Counted from the stretch's first letter, positions 38,979 to 48,974 are shown. The stretch is 64,000 nucleotides of DNA from Candidatus Zhuqueibacterota bacterium (GCA_022566355.1 JADFJB010000003.1:15377-79376), one strand, 5' to 3'. Translations and numbers: made by a program. Notes: generated from the letters alone by a model not told the origin.

Positions 38979-39215
38979 ATGGCATATGTGGTGAGCAAAA
39001 AATTAGATTGTCGATGGTTATACGACCCACTTCCAATTATCCGCTTAAGTTGTGCTGTTCGACAATTAAATGCTGGAGAAATCATTGAAATGATATCAAA
39101 TGATCCTGCAGCTTTGTATGATATGAAAGCATGGAGTAAATTAACCGGCCATACCGTACTAGAAACAACAAATCGCCCAGACCATACTTGTTTTTTAATT
39201 CAAAAAAAGATATAG
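38979..39215 (+). CDS. TusA-like sulfur-carrier family protein, with Asp in place of the canonical CPxP cysteine
   Basis: LDCRWLYDPLPIIRL...EMISNDPAALYDMKAW matches the TusA fold pattern. The canonical Cys position reads D, and a Cys occurs 5 residues earlier. Confidence 0.65.
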   Translation: MAYVVSKKLDCRWLYDPLPIIRLSCAVRQLNAGEIIEMISNDPAALYDMKAWSKLTGHTVLETTNRPDHTCFLIQKKI

Positions 39216-39224
39216 GAGATTTTC

Positions 39225-39464
39225 ATGGCTGAATATGAAATCAAAGAAACCTTGGATTGTAGTGGATTACTATGTTCAGAGCCGGTTATAAAAACAAGCA
39301 AAAAAATTAAAGAGTTAGAAGTAGGTGATGTATTTGAAATGATTTCCACCGACCCGGGTGCAATGCCCGATATGCAAGCATGGGCAAACCAGACCAAACA
39401 TGAACTGCTGGAGTCTAGTGAGGATGGGTCGCTGTACCGTTTTGTAATCAAAAAAACTCATTGA
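39225..39464 (+). CDS. tusA: TusA-family sulfurtransferase/sulfur carrier
   Basis: LDCSGLLCSEPVIKT matches the TusA LDxxGLxCPxP signature with Cys conserved. ...EMISTDPGAMPDMQAW. Confidence 0.7.
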   Translation: MAEYEIKETLDCSGLLCSEPVIKTSKKIKELEVGDVFEMISTDPGAMPDMQAWANQTKHELLESSEDGSLYRFVIKKTH

Positions 39465-39485
39465 ATTTTAAATGGAGGCAAAACC

Positions 39486-40007
39486 ATGTCAAAAGAAAAT
39501 GGCACTCGTCGCCTTGCTTTAATCTCTAGTAAAGGAACTTTAGATTGGGCGTACCCACCATTTATTATGGCGAGCGCTGCCGGAGCGATGGATTGGGAGG
39601 TGGCAATTTTTTATACTTTTTATGGTTTACCGCTTTTAAAGAAAAAATTGGATGCAACAGTTACCCCGATTGGTAATCCTGCCATGCCCATGAAAATGCC
39701 TTTTGGCCCGAAAGGTTTTCAAAACATTGATTGGAATATCCCAAATCTTTTGATGAGCAATATTCCCGGTTTCGACAATGTTGCTACAAGTTTAATGAAA
39801 CAGACCTTTAAGAAAAAAGGTGTTGCCACAATTGAAGAGCTGCGGGAAATGTGTATTGAGATGGACAACGTGCGCTTGATCGGTTGCCAGATGACGATGG
39901 ATGTTTTCGGTTTTAAACGAGAAGATTTTATAGATAAATGTGAAATTGGTGGTGCGGCGACTTTTTTGGAATACGCCGCAGATGCGGATGTAAATCTATT
40001 TATTTAG
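39486..40007 (+). CDS. DsrE/DsrF-like (DsrE2-type) sulfur-relay family protein
   Basis: 173 aa. DsrE-like Rossmann beta-alpha pattern (RLALISSKG...AAGAMDWEVAIFYTFYGL) with a conserved Cys (IGCQMTMD). Immediately downstream of two tusA-like genes, as in tusA-dsrE2 clusters. The family call is motif- and context-based. Confidence 0.5.
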   Translation: MSKENGTRRLALISSKGTLDWAYPPFIMASAAGAMDWEVAIFYTFYGLPLLKKKLDATVTPIGNPAMPMKMPFGPKGFQNIDWNIPNLLMSNIPGFDNVATSLMKQTFKKKGVATIEELREMCIEMDNVRLIGCQMTMDVFGFKREDFIDKCEIGGAATFLEYAADADVNLFI

Positions 40008-40071
40008 GTATCACACTTTCTTTGATTAGGATATGATACAAAATAGTAGGGTATACAGATTTTCTTGGAGA

Positions 40072-40170
40072 TGCTCACAGAAGGGTCGCTTTTTTCGCGA
40101 AGCTCAAGCAGCCGTATCTCTTAATCACGCTAACATTGCCGCGATTTATGAAGTTGATGAAAATCGATAA
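40072..40170 (+). pseudogene. relic of a Ser/Thr kinase gene (subdomain II-III fragment)
   Basis: Translates to ...RFFREAQAAVSLNHANIAAIYEVDENR*, the kinase consensus RFxREAxxxxxLxHPNIVxxYxVxE. It stands alone in intergenic DNA at the left edge of the GC-rich patch. Confidence 0.5.
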
Positions 40171-40279
40171 CCAGGCTTTTATCGCAAAGAAGGAGGCAAA
40201 GAAGATATTCTCGGAAGGTTGAGAAACGATTAAGCGTTACATGCGTGTTGTAGAGCAACCTGATTGAAAGACAGAGAAA

Positions 40280-41503
40280 ATGACCAAACAACAAGCACAA
40301 AAGACGGAGTGGACGGTCCGGGAACAGAAGGAACATCTGGATCGCCGTGCGAACTTCTTTATTCTTGATGTGCGCAACCGCGACGAGTTCTCCGTCTGGA
40401 AGATCGAGGGGTGGAAAACACCGCCCACATTGAACGTACCTTACTTCGAGATGTATGAGAAGGGCGGCAAGGACGACTTCATCGAGTCGATAATTGCCTA
40501 TATCGAGATCGAGTTGCTTGGACAGTTACCCAAGGACCGACCGATCTTGGCCGTTTGTTCCAAGGGCAACACCTCGGCATACGTGGCCGAAGGCCTATGT
40601 CAGCTCGGTTACGACGCATTCAACCTACAGGGTGGCATGCAGGCATGGGGCAACTTCTACGAGATCAACCCAGTCACCGAAAGCCGCGAGTTGAGCGTCT
40701 ACCAGATCAGCCGGCCAGCGCGTGGCTGCTTGAGTTACATCATCGTAAGCGATGGCCAAGCGGTGGTCATCGACCCGTTGCGCCATATCGAAACATACCT
40801 CGACATCGCGAGCGCGAAAGGATTCCAAATTGAACACATCATGGAGACCCACGGCCATGCCGATCATATTAGCGGTGGGTCAAAGCTGGCCAAACAGCTC
40901 AACCGACGGTACTACCTCCACCCTTACGACGGCATCCACCTCCTTGATATGCTACCAGCTCGCATTCCTTTCGAGTACCTGCGTGACGGTCAGGCGCTCT
41001 CGGTCGGCAAGGCGAAAATCCAAACCCTACATATCCCAGGTCACACACTTGGTAATGTGGCCTATCTTCTGAATGAAGCGTACTTGTTCACCGGTGACAG
41101 CATCTTTATCAACTCGATCGCCCGTCCGGATCTCGGTGGACGTGGGGAGACCTGGGCGGGGCTGCACTATCACTCCCTAAGAAGACTACTCGATTTTCCC
41201 GACACGACGTTTGTGCTACCGGGTCACTTCAGCACTCCACGCGAAGCCAACGTCGCCGGGCTTTTCATGGCTTCCTTGGGCGAGCTAAAGGAGAAGAACG
41301 AGGGCCTGCACATGGCCCAGAAGAGCGAAGATGCGTTTGTACAGTACATTTTGGGAAGCCTACCGGAGTTCCCGTCGCAGTACGTTGAGATCAAGCGGGT
41401 AAACGCGGGCCTGCTTCTCGTCGACGAAGTTAAGGCGAGTGAGCTTGAGCTAGGAAAAAACGTCTGCGCGTTGGCGCAAGCCTACGAAACAGAGTCGACT
41501 TGA
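40280..41503 (+). CDS. rhodanese domain - metallo-beta-lactamase fold fusion protein (persulfide dioxygenase-like); GC-rich, probably horizontally acquired
   Basis: N-terminal rhodanese with catalytic Cys loop (AVCSKGNTS). MBL motifs HIMETHGHADHISGG, HIPGHTLGN and GDSIF. The nucleotide composition is clearly GC-richer than the flanking DNA. The many long overlapping spurious ORFs in the track here are typical of GC-rich DNA. Confidence 0.8.
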   Translation: MTKQQAQKTEWTVREQKEHLDRRANFFILDVRNRDEFSVWKIEGWKTPPTLNVPYFEMYEKGGKDDFIESIIAYIEIELLGQLPKDRPILAVCSKGNTSAYVAEGLCQLGYDAFNLQGGMQAWGNFYEINPVTESRELSVYQISRPARGCLSYIIVSDGQAVVIDPLRHIETYLDIASAKGFQIEHIMETHGHADHISGGSKLAKQLNRRYYLHPYDGIHLLDMLPARIPFEYLRDGQALSVGKAKIQTLHIPGHTLGNVAYLLNEAYLFTGDSIFINSIARPDLGGRGETWAGLHYHSLRRLLDFPDTTFVLPGHFSTPREANVAGLFMASLGELKEKNEGLHMAQKSEDAFVQYILGSLPEFPSQYVEIKRVNAGLLLVDEVKASELELGKNVCALAQAYETEST

Positions 41504-41542
41504 GCACCGCATGAGTTGAGGAATCATAAGAAGGGATTAAGT

Positions 41543-41608
41543 ATGAGAATGACATTCGACAAGGTTCTGGATGCACGCGGGCTCGCCTGCCCCATGATCG
41601 GATATTAA
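41543..41608 (+). pseudogene. truncated tusA-like start (22 codons: MRMTFDKVLDARGLACPMIGY*)
   Basis: A canonical TusA N-terminal motif xLDxRGLxCP, cut short by a stop. Lies in the GC-rich patch directly after the rhodanese-MBL gene. Confidence 0.5.
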
Positions 41609-42170
41609 AACCAAGGCATATGCAACAATGGCCGAGGATTCTACTAAACTAATAGTATTTACATATAGTATTTACATAAAAAAATAGATGGTACCAGGCG
41701 TTGGGGGATAAATTCCATACAAGAGTTATTTTCGTGATACAAAGATTAAAAATCGATATTCTTTGATATTTGAGAGGATGCAAAGGCACAATTAGGAAAA
41801 TTACGGGGACAATTATTAAATGATCGGCAAACCATCCTCCACTACAAATTTCTCTCCAAACGCGACGACCACAATTGAAACAATTGGGTAGTTTCAAATG
41901 CGACAAAATTATCTATTTACACAAATATACAAACAAAGTCAAAAAATCATTGATTTTTAACTTATCAATTTGTAAAATTCAATATCGTAGAAACGGAAAT
42001 ATCTCCTGACTAAAATCAAAAACTATCTTGTAATAACCATATCATGATCGGCAAGACAATATTTCACTAAAAAAATTCAAATATCGCGTGCTGGCCAAGG
42101 TATTTCAGATATTTTCAAGATACTTAAGCAGAGCTTGGTCAAAACAATGAAAACTAACCTGGATCGTTAA

Positions 42171-43841
42171 ATGCAATTTGGATTCATTATCGACAACCGT
42201 AGATGTATTGGTTGCCACGCTTGTACTGTAGCATGTAAAGCAGAACATGATACTCCTCTGGGTGTCAATCGAACCTGGGTTAAATATATTGAGAAGGGTG
42301 AATTCCCAAACACACGCCGCTTGTTTTCGGTCATGCGCTGCAACCACTGTGCGGATGCGCCCTGTGTGGAAATTTGTCCTACCGGGTCCTTATTCACTCG
42401 TGAAGACGGCATCGTCGATTTTGATAAACGTCGCTGTATCGGCTGTAAAGCTTGCATGCAAGCCTGTCCCTACGACGCGCTTTACATCGACCCTGAAACG
42501 GATACAGCGGCAAAATGTAACTATTGCGCCCATCGAGTAGATATTGGTTTAGAGCCGGCTTGTGTAAATGTTTGTCCAACTCATGCGATCATTTCCGGTG
42601 ATATGGACGATCCGCAATCGGAAATATCTCAACTATTGGCTCACGAGAAAGTCACGGCAAGGAAAGTCGAAAAAGGAACTCAACCTAAATTGTTCTATAT
42701 CGATGGAGATGAGGCGTCTTTAAATCCAGCTGCAACAGATCAATCGAGTGATTATATGTGGAACTCACAAATCTCCGGAGTCGGCCATTTTGCCAGCTAT
42801 GCTGAAAATCGGATTGCAAGTTCTGATCCACAAGAATTGCTCAATCAATTAACCGGCAGTAACGGTGATGATAAACAATGGCTATCCAGTGAGAAAAACC
42901 CCAAAGAAAAAGTGCTAGTTCCTGAAAGCCAAGGTAGCGAAATTATCCAACAAAAAGCCAAAGATGTTGTCGAAGAAACAACCAAGCGAGTTTATGATAG
43001 TCCGGGTAAAGGAGTCTTGTGGGGTTGGGAAGTGCCGGCTTATATCTGGACCAAAGCGGTTTCAACGGGTGCATTCCTGGTTCCTTTCCTGGCATTCGTG
43101 GGTGGTTTTTCTTCGGTTAGCGACCCAGTTCAATGGCTTGGATTGAGCCTGGGATTGTTATTTCTTGTTTTAACCAATATTCTGCTAATTAAGGACTTGG
43201 ATCAGCCATTTAGATTTGCTTATGTTTTGCTAAGACCCCAGTGGCGATCCTGGCTGGTCCGTGGTGGCTATGCAATCACTTTTTATGGTGGATTGTTGAC
43301 CGCCGGGATTATTACAAAGTTAAGCGGATTAACCAATCTGGAAATTTTGGTAAAATGGCTTTGTGCAATCGTCGCAGTTATAACTTCTGTTTATACCGCA
43401 TTCTTACTTGCCCAGGCTAAAGGCCGCGATTTTTGGCAGAGTCCGATCTTACCGTTTCATATGATCGTTCACACAATGCTAGCTGGTGCTGCTATTTTTG
43501 CTTTTCTGTCACCCATAGCCGGATTTGATCAAAGTTGGCATACTTATTTGGATCATGTTTTTTACACGTTTATTATTCTAAACTTACTGATTATTAGTGT
43601 GGAGTTATTTACACCACACCCGACAGCAGATTCAAAGGTCGTTGTAGATATGATAATACGTGGACGGTTCAAGAGGCTATTCAAAGTGGGTGTTGTCATT
43701 ATGGGCAATATCGTTCCATTATTCTTTGTTTTGTTGGGCAGCCCGGAATTATTGCCGTTTGTGGGTTTGTTGATTTTGATGGGGATCTATTTCACAGAAC
43801 ATATCTGGGTGCTGGCGCCGCAACTGGTTCCATTAAGTTAG
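42171..43841 (+). CDS. fusion of 4Fe-4S ferredoxin-type electron-transfer subunit (PsrB/TtrB/DmsB-like) with NrfD/PsrC-like integral membrane quinone-interacting subunit
   Basis: N-terminal 4 Cys clusters (CIGCHACTVAC, CNHCADAPCVEICP, CIGCKACMQACP, CNYCAHRVDIGLEPACVNVCP) followed by about 300 aa with 8 or more hydrophobic helices. No signal or TAT peptide. Confidence 0.8.
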   Translation: MQFGFIIDNRRCIGCHACTVACKAEHDTPLGVNRTWVKYIEKGEFPNTRRLFSVMRCNHCADAPCVEICPTGSLFTREDGIVDFDKRRCIGCKACMQACPYDALYIDPETDTAAKCNYCAHRVDIGLEPACVNVCPTHAIISGDMDDPQSEISQLLAHEKVTARKVEKGTQPKLFYIDGDEASLNPAATDQSSDYMWNSQISGVGHFASYAENRIASSDPQELLNQLTGSNGDDKQWLSSEKNPKEKVLVPESQGSEIIQQKAKDVVEETTKRVYDSPGKGVLWGWEVPAYIWTKAVSTGAFLVPFLAFVGGFSSVSDPVQWLGLSLGLLFLVLTNILLIKDLDQPFRFAYVLLRPQWRSWLVRGGYAITFYGGLLTAGIITKLSGLTNLEILVKWLCAIVAVITSVYTAFLLAQAKGRDFWQSPILPFHMIVHTMLAGAAIFAFLSPIAGFDQSWHTYLDHVFYTFIILNLLIISVELFTPHPTADSKVVVDMIIRGRFKRLFKVGVVIMGNIVPLFFVLLGSPELLPFVGLLILMGIYFTEHIWVLAPQLVPLS

Positions 43842-43914
43842 GAAAGCGCCTAAAGCGCCAAAATTGCCAAATGCTTATTATCATATATTTTTTGGTTACC
43901 AATAGGAGAATTTA

Positions 43915-46776
43915 ATGTCCGACCGGAATTCGGGAAATCTAATTGAAAAAATAGCCGAGAAACTGCACCTCATTCCAAATCTACATACAGAAACTGGACC
44001 CGATCTTCAAAGTTTAACCGAAGCTGGCAAGCTAACGGATTTTCCTCCTATCGAAAAGTGGGACGATTGGGTTGAATATGAAGCGAAAAGCTGGCCGCGA
44101 CGCGACCCCAAGCATTATATGATCATACCAACGACATGCTTTAATTGTGAAGCCGGCTGTGGTTTACTAAGCTACGTCGACAAAGAGACTATGACTGTCC
44201 GAAAATTTGAGGGCAATCCTTATCATCCAGCCAGCCGAGGGCGGAATTGTGCTAAGGGGCCGGCAACGATCAATCAAATTAATGATGAGGACAGAATCCT
44301 TTATCCGATGAAACGAAAAGGCAAGCGCGGGGAAGGTGGCTGGGATCGCGTTTCGTGGGATGAAGTTTTGGATGATTTTTCGGGACGAATACGAAAAGCG
44401 CTTCAGGAGAAACGAAATAATGAAGTCGTTTATCACGTTGGTCGACCGGGTCATGAGGGTTATATGGATCGAATACTACAGTCCTGGGGTGTGGATGGCC
44501 ACAACAGCCACACCAATATTTGTTCTGCCGGTGCGCGATTTGGTTATGCGATTTGGCATGGTTTCGACCGGCCTTCTCCGGATCATGCCAATGCAAAATT
44601 AATATTGCTGATCTCTGCTCATCTTGAGTCCGGACATTATTTTAACCCTCATGCACAAAGAATAATAGAAGGATTAATGAACGGTTGCAAATTGGTGGTT
44701 ATGGATCCACGGCTCTCCAATACCGCCAGTATGGCTGATTATTGGCTGCCTACTTATCCAGGCAGTGAAGCGGCCGTGCTTTTGGCCATGGCAAAAGTGA
44801 TTCTCGATGAAAGCCTTTTCGATGAAAAATATTTACATGATTGGGTAAACTGGCAAGAGTTTCTGCAAAAAGAACATCCAACTGTAGAAGTAAACTTTGC
44901 TAATTTTATTCGATTGCTGAAAGAAACCTACCAGGAATACACACCGGAATTCGCCGCTAACGAAAGCGGAATTGATGCCGAGACCATTATTGAGGTCGCA
45001 CGCAAAATAGGTGAAGCCGGAAGTCGATTTTCATCCCATAATTGGCGCAGTGCGGGTAGCGGAAATTTAGGTGGCTGGGCTGTTTCGCGCTGTTTGCATT
45101 TTTTGAATGTGCTCACGGGTAGTGTCGGAACAGTGGGGGGGACGTCGCCAAGCGGTTGGAACAAATTTAAACCAACTGTCTTTGATAAGCCACCCGCACA
45201 AAAATTCTGGAATGAATTGCATTTTCCAAACGAATATCCGCTCGCACATTACGAAATGAGTTTTCTATTGCCGCATTTCTTGAAAGAGGGGAGAAGTAAA
45301 CTGGATGTGTATTTCACCCGGGTTTTTAATCCGGTATGGTCTTTTCCTGATGGTTTTACCTGGATTGAAGTATTACAGGATGAAAGCAAAATTGGCCTGC
45401 ACGCTGCCTTAACACCCACCTGGAATGAAACAGCGTTTTTTGCGGATTATGTTCTGCCGATGGGCCATGCAAGCGAGCGGCATGACTTGATCAGCTACGA
45501 GACCCATTCCGGCATGTGGATTGCTTTTCGTCAACCTGTTTTGCGTGAGGCTGCTCGAAAAATGGGTAATCCTGTCCAATTTACTTATGAGGCTAACCCT
45601 GGAGAAGTGTGGGAGGAGGACGAGTTTTGGGTCGAATTATCCTGGCGGATTGATCCGGATGGGAGCCTGGGGATTAAAAAACATTTTATGTCCCCTTATA
45701 GAAAGGGAGAAAAAATCACCATTGATGAATATTATCAATTCGTTTTTGATAATGTACCTGGGTTGCCGGAAAAAGCGGCTGAAAAAAAGTTGACTCCACT
45801 GGAATATATGCGAATTTACGGCGCTTTTGAGGTGGAGAAAACTTCATATCATAAGCATCTAAAACCGCTAACAAAAGAAGAATTAAAGAAAACTAAGGTG
45901 GATACAAAAACGGGAACGATTAAAACGAAAGAAAAAATTGTCGGTGTTTTTGCGGATGGAAAATCTTATGCCGGATTCCCGACGCCTTCTAAAAAGCAAG
46001 AGTTTTATTCCCAAACGATGGTCGATTGGAATTGGCCAGAATATAAAATTCCAATTTATATAAAAAGTCATGTTCATCCGGATCAAATGGATCGAAGCAA
46101 AGGAGAGTTCCCATTGGTGCCAACTTTTCGGTTACCGACCCTGATTCATTCCCGATCTGGTAATGCCAAATGGCTTATGGAAATTTCGAATCGCAATCCA
46201 ATTTGGATGCATACTTCAGATGGAAAAGACCTGGGAATAAAGACAGGGGATTTGCTGCGGGTAAATACAGACATCGGTTATTTTGTCGATCGGGTTTGGC
46301 TAACAGAAGGGATGAAACCGGGCATCGTGGCGTGTTCTCACCATCTCGGCAGGTGGCGGCGGCCACAAGATGCTAAGGGAAATCGATGGGCAACCAATTT
46401 GGTTTCCATCAAACAAATGAAAAATGGCAAATGGAAAATGAGGCAATTGGATGGCATCCGCCCCTATAAAAGCAACGATCCGGATTCGTCCCGTATCTTT
46501 TGGAGCGATGGCGGTGTACATCAAAATCTCACTTTCCCTGTTCATCCGGATCCAGTCAGCGGTATGCATTGCTGGCATCAAAAGGTGAGAATTGAGAAAG
46601 CGCATCCGGAAGATAAATATGGCGATGTGGTGGTCGATACCAATCGCTCCTTTGAAATTTATAAAGAATGGTTGAAAAAAACTCGTCCGGCGCCAGGTCC
46701 AGGAGGATTGAGAAGGCCGCTTTGGCTGAATAGACCGCTCCGTCCATCGGAAGAGATGTTTTACATCGATTTATAA
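43915..46776 (+). CDS. molybdopterin (bis-MGD) oxidoreductase catalytic subunit, Psr/Phs/Ttr/Soe-like, without twin-arginine signal
   Basis: 953 aa. N-terminal FeS motif CFNCEAGCG...C. Molybdopterin and C-terminal molybdop-binding domain (GIVACSHHLGRW). No RRxFLK motif in the first 70 residues. Confidence 0.9.
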   Translation: MSDRNSGNLIEKIAEKLHLIPNLHTETGPDLQSLTEAGKLTDFPPIEKWDDWVEYEAKSWPRRDPKHYMIIPTTCFNCEAGCGLLSYVDKETMTVRKFEGNPYHPASRGRNCAKGPATINQINDEDRILYPMKRKGKRGEGGWDRVSWDEVLDDFSGRIRKALQEKRNNEVVYHVGRPGHEGYMDRILQSWGVDGHNSHTNICSAGARFGYAIWHGFDRPSPDHANAKLILLISAHLESGHYFNPHAQRIIEGLMNGCKLVVMDPRLSNTASMADYWLPTYPGSEAAVLLAMAKVILDESLFDEKYLHDWVNWQEFLQKEHPTVEVNFANFIRLLKETYQEYTPEFAANESGIDAETIIEVARKIGEAGSRFSSHNWRSAGSGNLGGWAVSRCLHFLNVLTGSVGTVGGTSPSGWNKFKPTVFDKPPAQKFWNELHFPNEYPLAHYEMSFLLPHFLKEGRSKLDVYFTRVFNPVWSFPDGFTWIEVLQDESKIGLHAALTPTWNETAFFADYVLPMGHASERHDLISYETHSGMWIAFRQPVLREAARKMGNPVQFTYEANPGEVWEEDEFWVELSWRIDPDGSLGIKKHFMSPYRKGEKITIDEYYQFVFDNVPGLPEKAAEKKLTPLEYMRIYGAFEVEKTSYHKHLKPLTKEELKKTKVDTKTGTIKTKEKIVGVFADGKSYAGFPTPSKKQEFYSQTMVDWNWPEYKIPIYIKSHVHPDQMDRSKGEFPLVPTFRLPTLIHSRSGNAKWLMEISNRNPIWMHTSDGKDLGIKTGDLLRVNTDIGYFVDRVWLTEGMKPGIVACSHHLGRWRRPQDAKGNRWATNLVSIKQMKNGKWKMRQLDGIRPYKSNDPDSSRIFWSDGGVHQNLTFPVHPDPVSGMHCWHQKVRIEKAHPEDKYGDVVVDTNRSFEIYKEWLKKTRPAPGPGGLRRPLWLNRPLRPSEEMFYIDL

Positions 46777-46797
46777 TATGCTCTAGTTAGCTGGATA

Positions 46798-47123
46798 ATG
46801 AAACGAAAGAAAATACCATACGGAACAAAATTACCTGTCATGCTAACCTTACGTGAACGGGATATCATCCGTGATGAGACATTCTGCGATCAAGACTTTG
46901 CAAAATTGGCTTTAGTAGACGGCAAAAGGATTAAAGTCGAACTGTCATTGGGGACATCGAGGAAATTCAGGGGTACATAGCAGCCGAGGCAAATCATACG
47001 AAAAATAAAAAACTCAAGAAAGAACTTGATCGCCTTTTCGATAAACTTCAGGTCTTTCTGGATACTTACGATGATCAACATGAATTAGACAGCTTACAAA
47101 TTCATCCAGCCGACCGGGAATAA
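46798..47123 (+). CDS. small hypothetical protein, apparent -1 frameshift at GGGG 46950-46953
   Basis: The track ORF 46798..46980 ends ...LSLGTSRKFRGT*. The +2 frame continues DIEEIQGYIAAEANHTKNKKLKKELDRLFDKLQVFLDTYDD... to a stop at 47121-47123. Adding one G joins them into about 107 aa. Confidence 0.3.
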
Positions 47124-47246
47124 CGCTTGTTTGATTTTTGTTCCTGGCTCGTGGCCGGCGGCTGGTGATAGCGTTATTATAAGCGGTTCTTCAATTTTAA
47201 TCATTTTTAGAAGCTTTTTCCCCTTAAAACGTCATTTATTACTTAT

Positions 47247-48974
47247 ATGGAAATCTCCAAAATAACCGATCATATTCGAACTTATAACAAAACACTATTT
47301 CGCCGTGATATTATCGCTGGGCTCACCGTCACCTTTGTGGCAATCCCGCAATCGATGGTCTATGCACTTATTGCTGGTGTTGAACCGCAATATGGTTTGT
47401 ACGCTTTTATGGTGGGTTCAATTGTCGGATCGATTTTTGGTTCATCACGTCATCTGAACACTGGGCCAACGAATGCCACATCAATAGTTATTGCCAGCAC
47501 CCTGGCTTTATATTCTGTTGATGACCAATTTTTGAAGATGGTTTTTCTATTGGGATTCCTTTCTGGATGTTTGCAACTAGGTGCCGGACTTTTAAAGTTG
47601 AGCAACTTAACTCATTTTCTTTCTCGCTCAGTATTAGCTGGTTTTATCGGCGGGGCGGGCCTTTTTATCATTGTCAACCAGATGCCCAATTTAATGGGAT
47701 TTTCAAAAAATACTAATTCCTCTGTATTTGAGGGAGTAAAACACATATTTAACAGTTTGGATCAAATTCAACCAACTGTTTTATTGGTGGGAATTGGATC
47801 TATTTTATTAACACTCCTTATTAATAGGCTAAGCCCAAAAACAACTTCAGGAATTCCCATTTTACCGTCGTACCTGATTTCTATTTTATTGTCAGCGGCA
47901 ATTGTTGTGATATTTGATCTTGGAGATACAGTCAAAGTGGTGGGAGATATCCCCAGGTCTCTGCCACCTTTAAGCATGCCACTATTTGAGTTGGAATCTA
48001 TTCAAACTCTGATGCAAGGCGCAATAGCGATAGCATTTATAGGATTAGCAGAAGCTACGTCTGCAGCCAAAATAGTAGCAGACTTTGCTGGTGATAAGCT
48101 GCAAGTTGACAAAGAATTTAGAGGCCAGGGACTTGCAAAAATTGCAACATCCTTTTTTAGCGGAATACCTGTTTCGGGCTCATTTACCAGGAGTTTACTT
48201 TGCTACAGAGCAGGTGCAGAGACAAAAATGGCGAATATTATGGCCGGTATTTTTGTTGCAATTGCCGTGTTATTTTTTGGTCCGGTTATTAAACACATCC
48301 CATTAGCGGCTTTGGCTGGTATTGTTATGTTGATTGCAAGCAATATGGTTGATTGGAAATACGTTAAAATGGCTCTTCGCTCATCGAATGTGGATTCATT
48401 AGCTATTCTTGCAACTTTTTTTGCTGCCCTGTTTTTTTCATTGGTCACTGCAATTTATATTGGTGTGGGGTTTTCCCTGGTCCTGTTCCTTCGCAGGGTA
48501 AAGAAGCCTAACCTTGTTGAGTTGATATACGATGATAAGTTCGGGTTCAAAGAAAAAACTGAATCTAATCAAAGTTCCATTCCTGAGCTTACCATTATCC
48601 ATGTTGAAGGAGATGTTTTTTTTGCCAGCGTAGATTCTGTGGATGATGATATTCAAAAGATTGCTCAACGAAATGCGGTAAAAGTGATTATACTTAGATT
48701 GAAAAGAGCCTTTAGCCTGGATGCAACTTCTATGATGGTATTTATGAAAATCTATAAGGATTTAGAAAAACAAGGCAAATTGTTGCTCATCTCAGGAGCT
48801 GGCGGGCAAGTTAAAAAGATTATTCACGAATCAGGTTTGGATAAAGTAATTGGCGAAGACCACATTTTTTATTCAGATGAGAACTTATTTAAATCCACAC
48901 GCGCTGCGATTAGTTATGCGCTTCAATTCATCAATGCGAATTATGGTACAAATTATACGATGTCTAATTTGTAA
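47247..48974 (+). CDS. SulP-family (SLC26) anion/sulfate permease with C-terminal STAS domain
   Basis: 575 aa. The N-terminal SulP signature region (TVTFVAIPQSMVYALIAGVEPQYGLY), multiple TM segments and a STAS-like C-terminus. Confidence 0.9.
   Translation: MEISKITDHIRTYNKTLFRRDIIAGLTVTFVAIPQSMVYALIAGVEPQYGLYAFMVGSIVGSIFGSSRHLNTGPTNATSIVIASTLALYSVDDQFLKMVFLLGFLSGCLQLGAGLLKLSNLTHFLSRSVLAGFIGGAGLFIIVNQMPNLMGFSKNTNSSVFEGVKHIFNSLDQIQPTVLLVGIGSILLTLLINRLSPKTTSGIPILPSYLISILLSAAIVVIFDLGDTVKVVGDIPRSLPPLSMPLFELESIQTLMQGAIAIAFIGLAEATSAAKIVADFAGDKLQVDKEFRGQGLAKIATSFFSGIPVSGSFTRSLLCYRAGAETKMANIMAGIFVAIAVLFFGPVIKHIPLAALAGIVMLIASNMVDWKYVKMALRSSNVDSLAILATFFAALFFSLVTAIYIGVGFSLVLFLRRVKKPNLVELIYDDKFGFKEKTESNQSSIPELTIIHVEGDVFFASVDSVDDDIQKIAQRNAVKVIILRLKRAFSLDATSMMVFMKIYKDLEKQGKLLLISGAGGQVKKIIHESGLDKVIGEDHIFYSDENLFKSTRAAISYALQFINANYGTNYTMSNL

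Noticed and set aside
40494-41072. Several overlapping 60-106-aa ORFs on both strands (40494..40694, 40555..40833, 40625..40867 minus, 40752..41072)
   Set aside because: All are alternative frames of the GC-rich rhodanese-MBL gene. GC-rich DNA yields long spurious ORFs.
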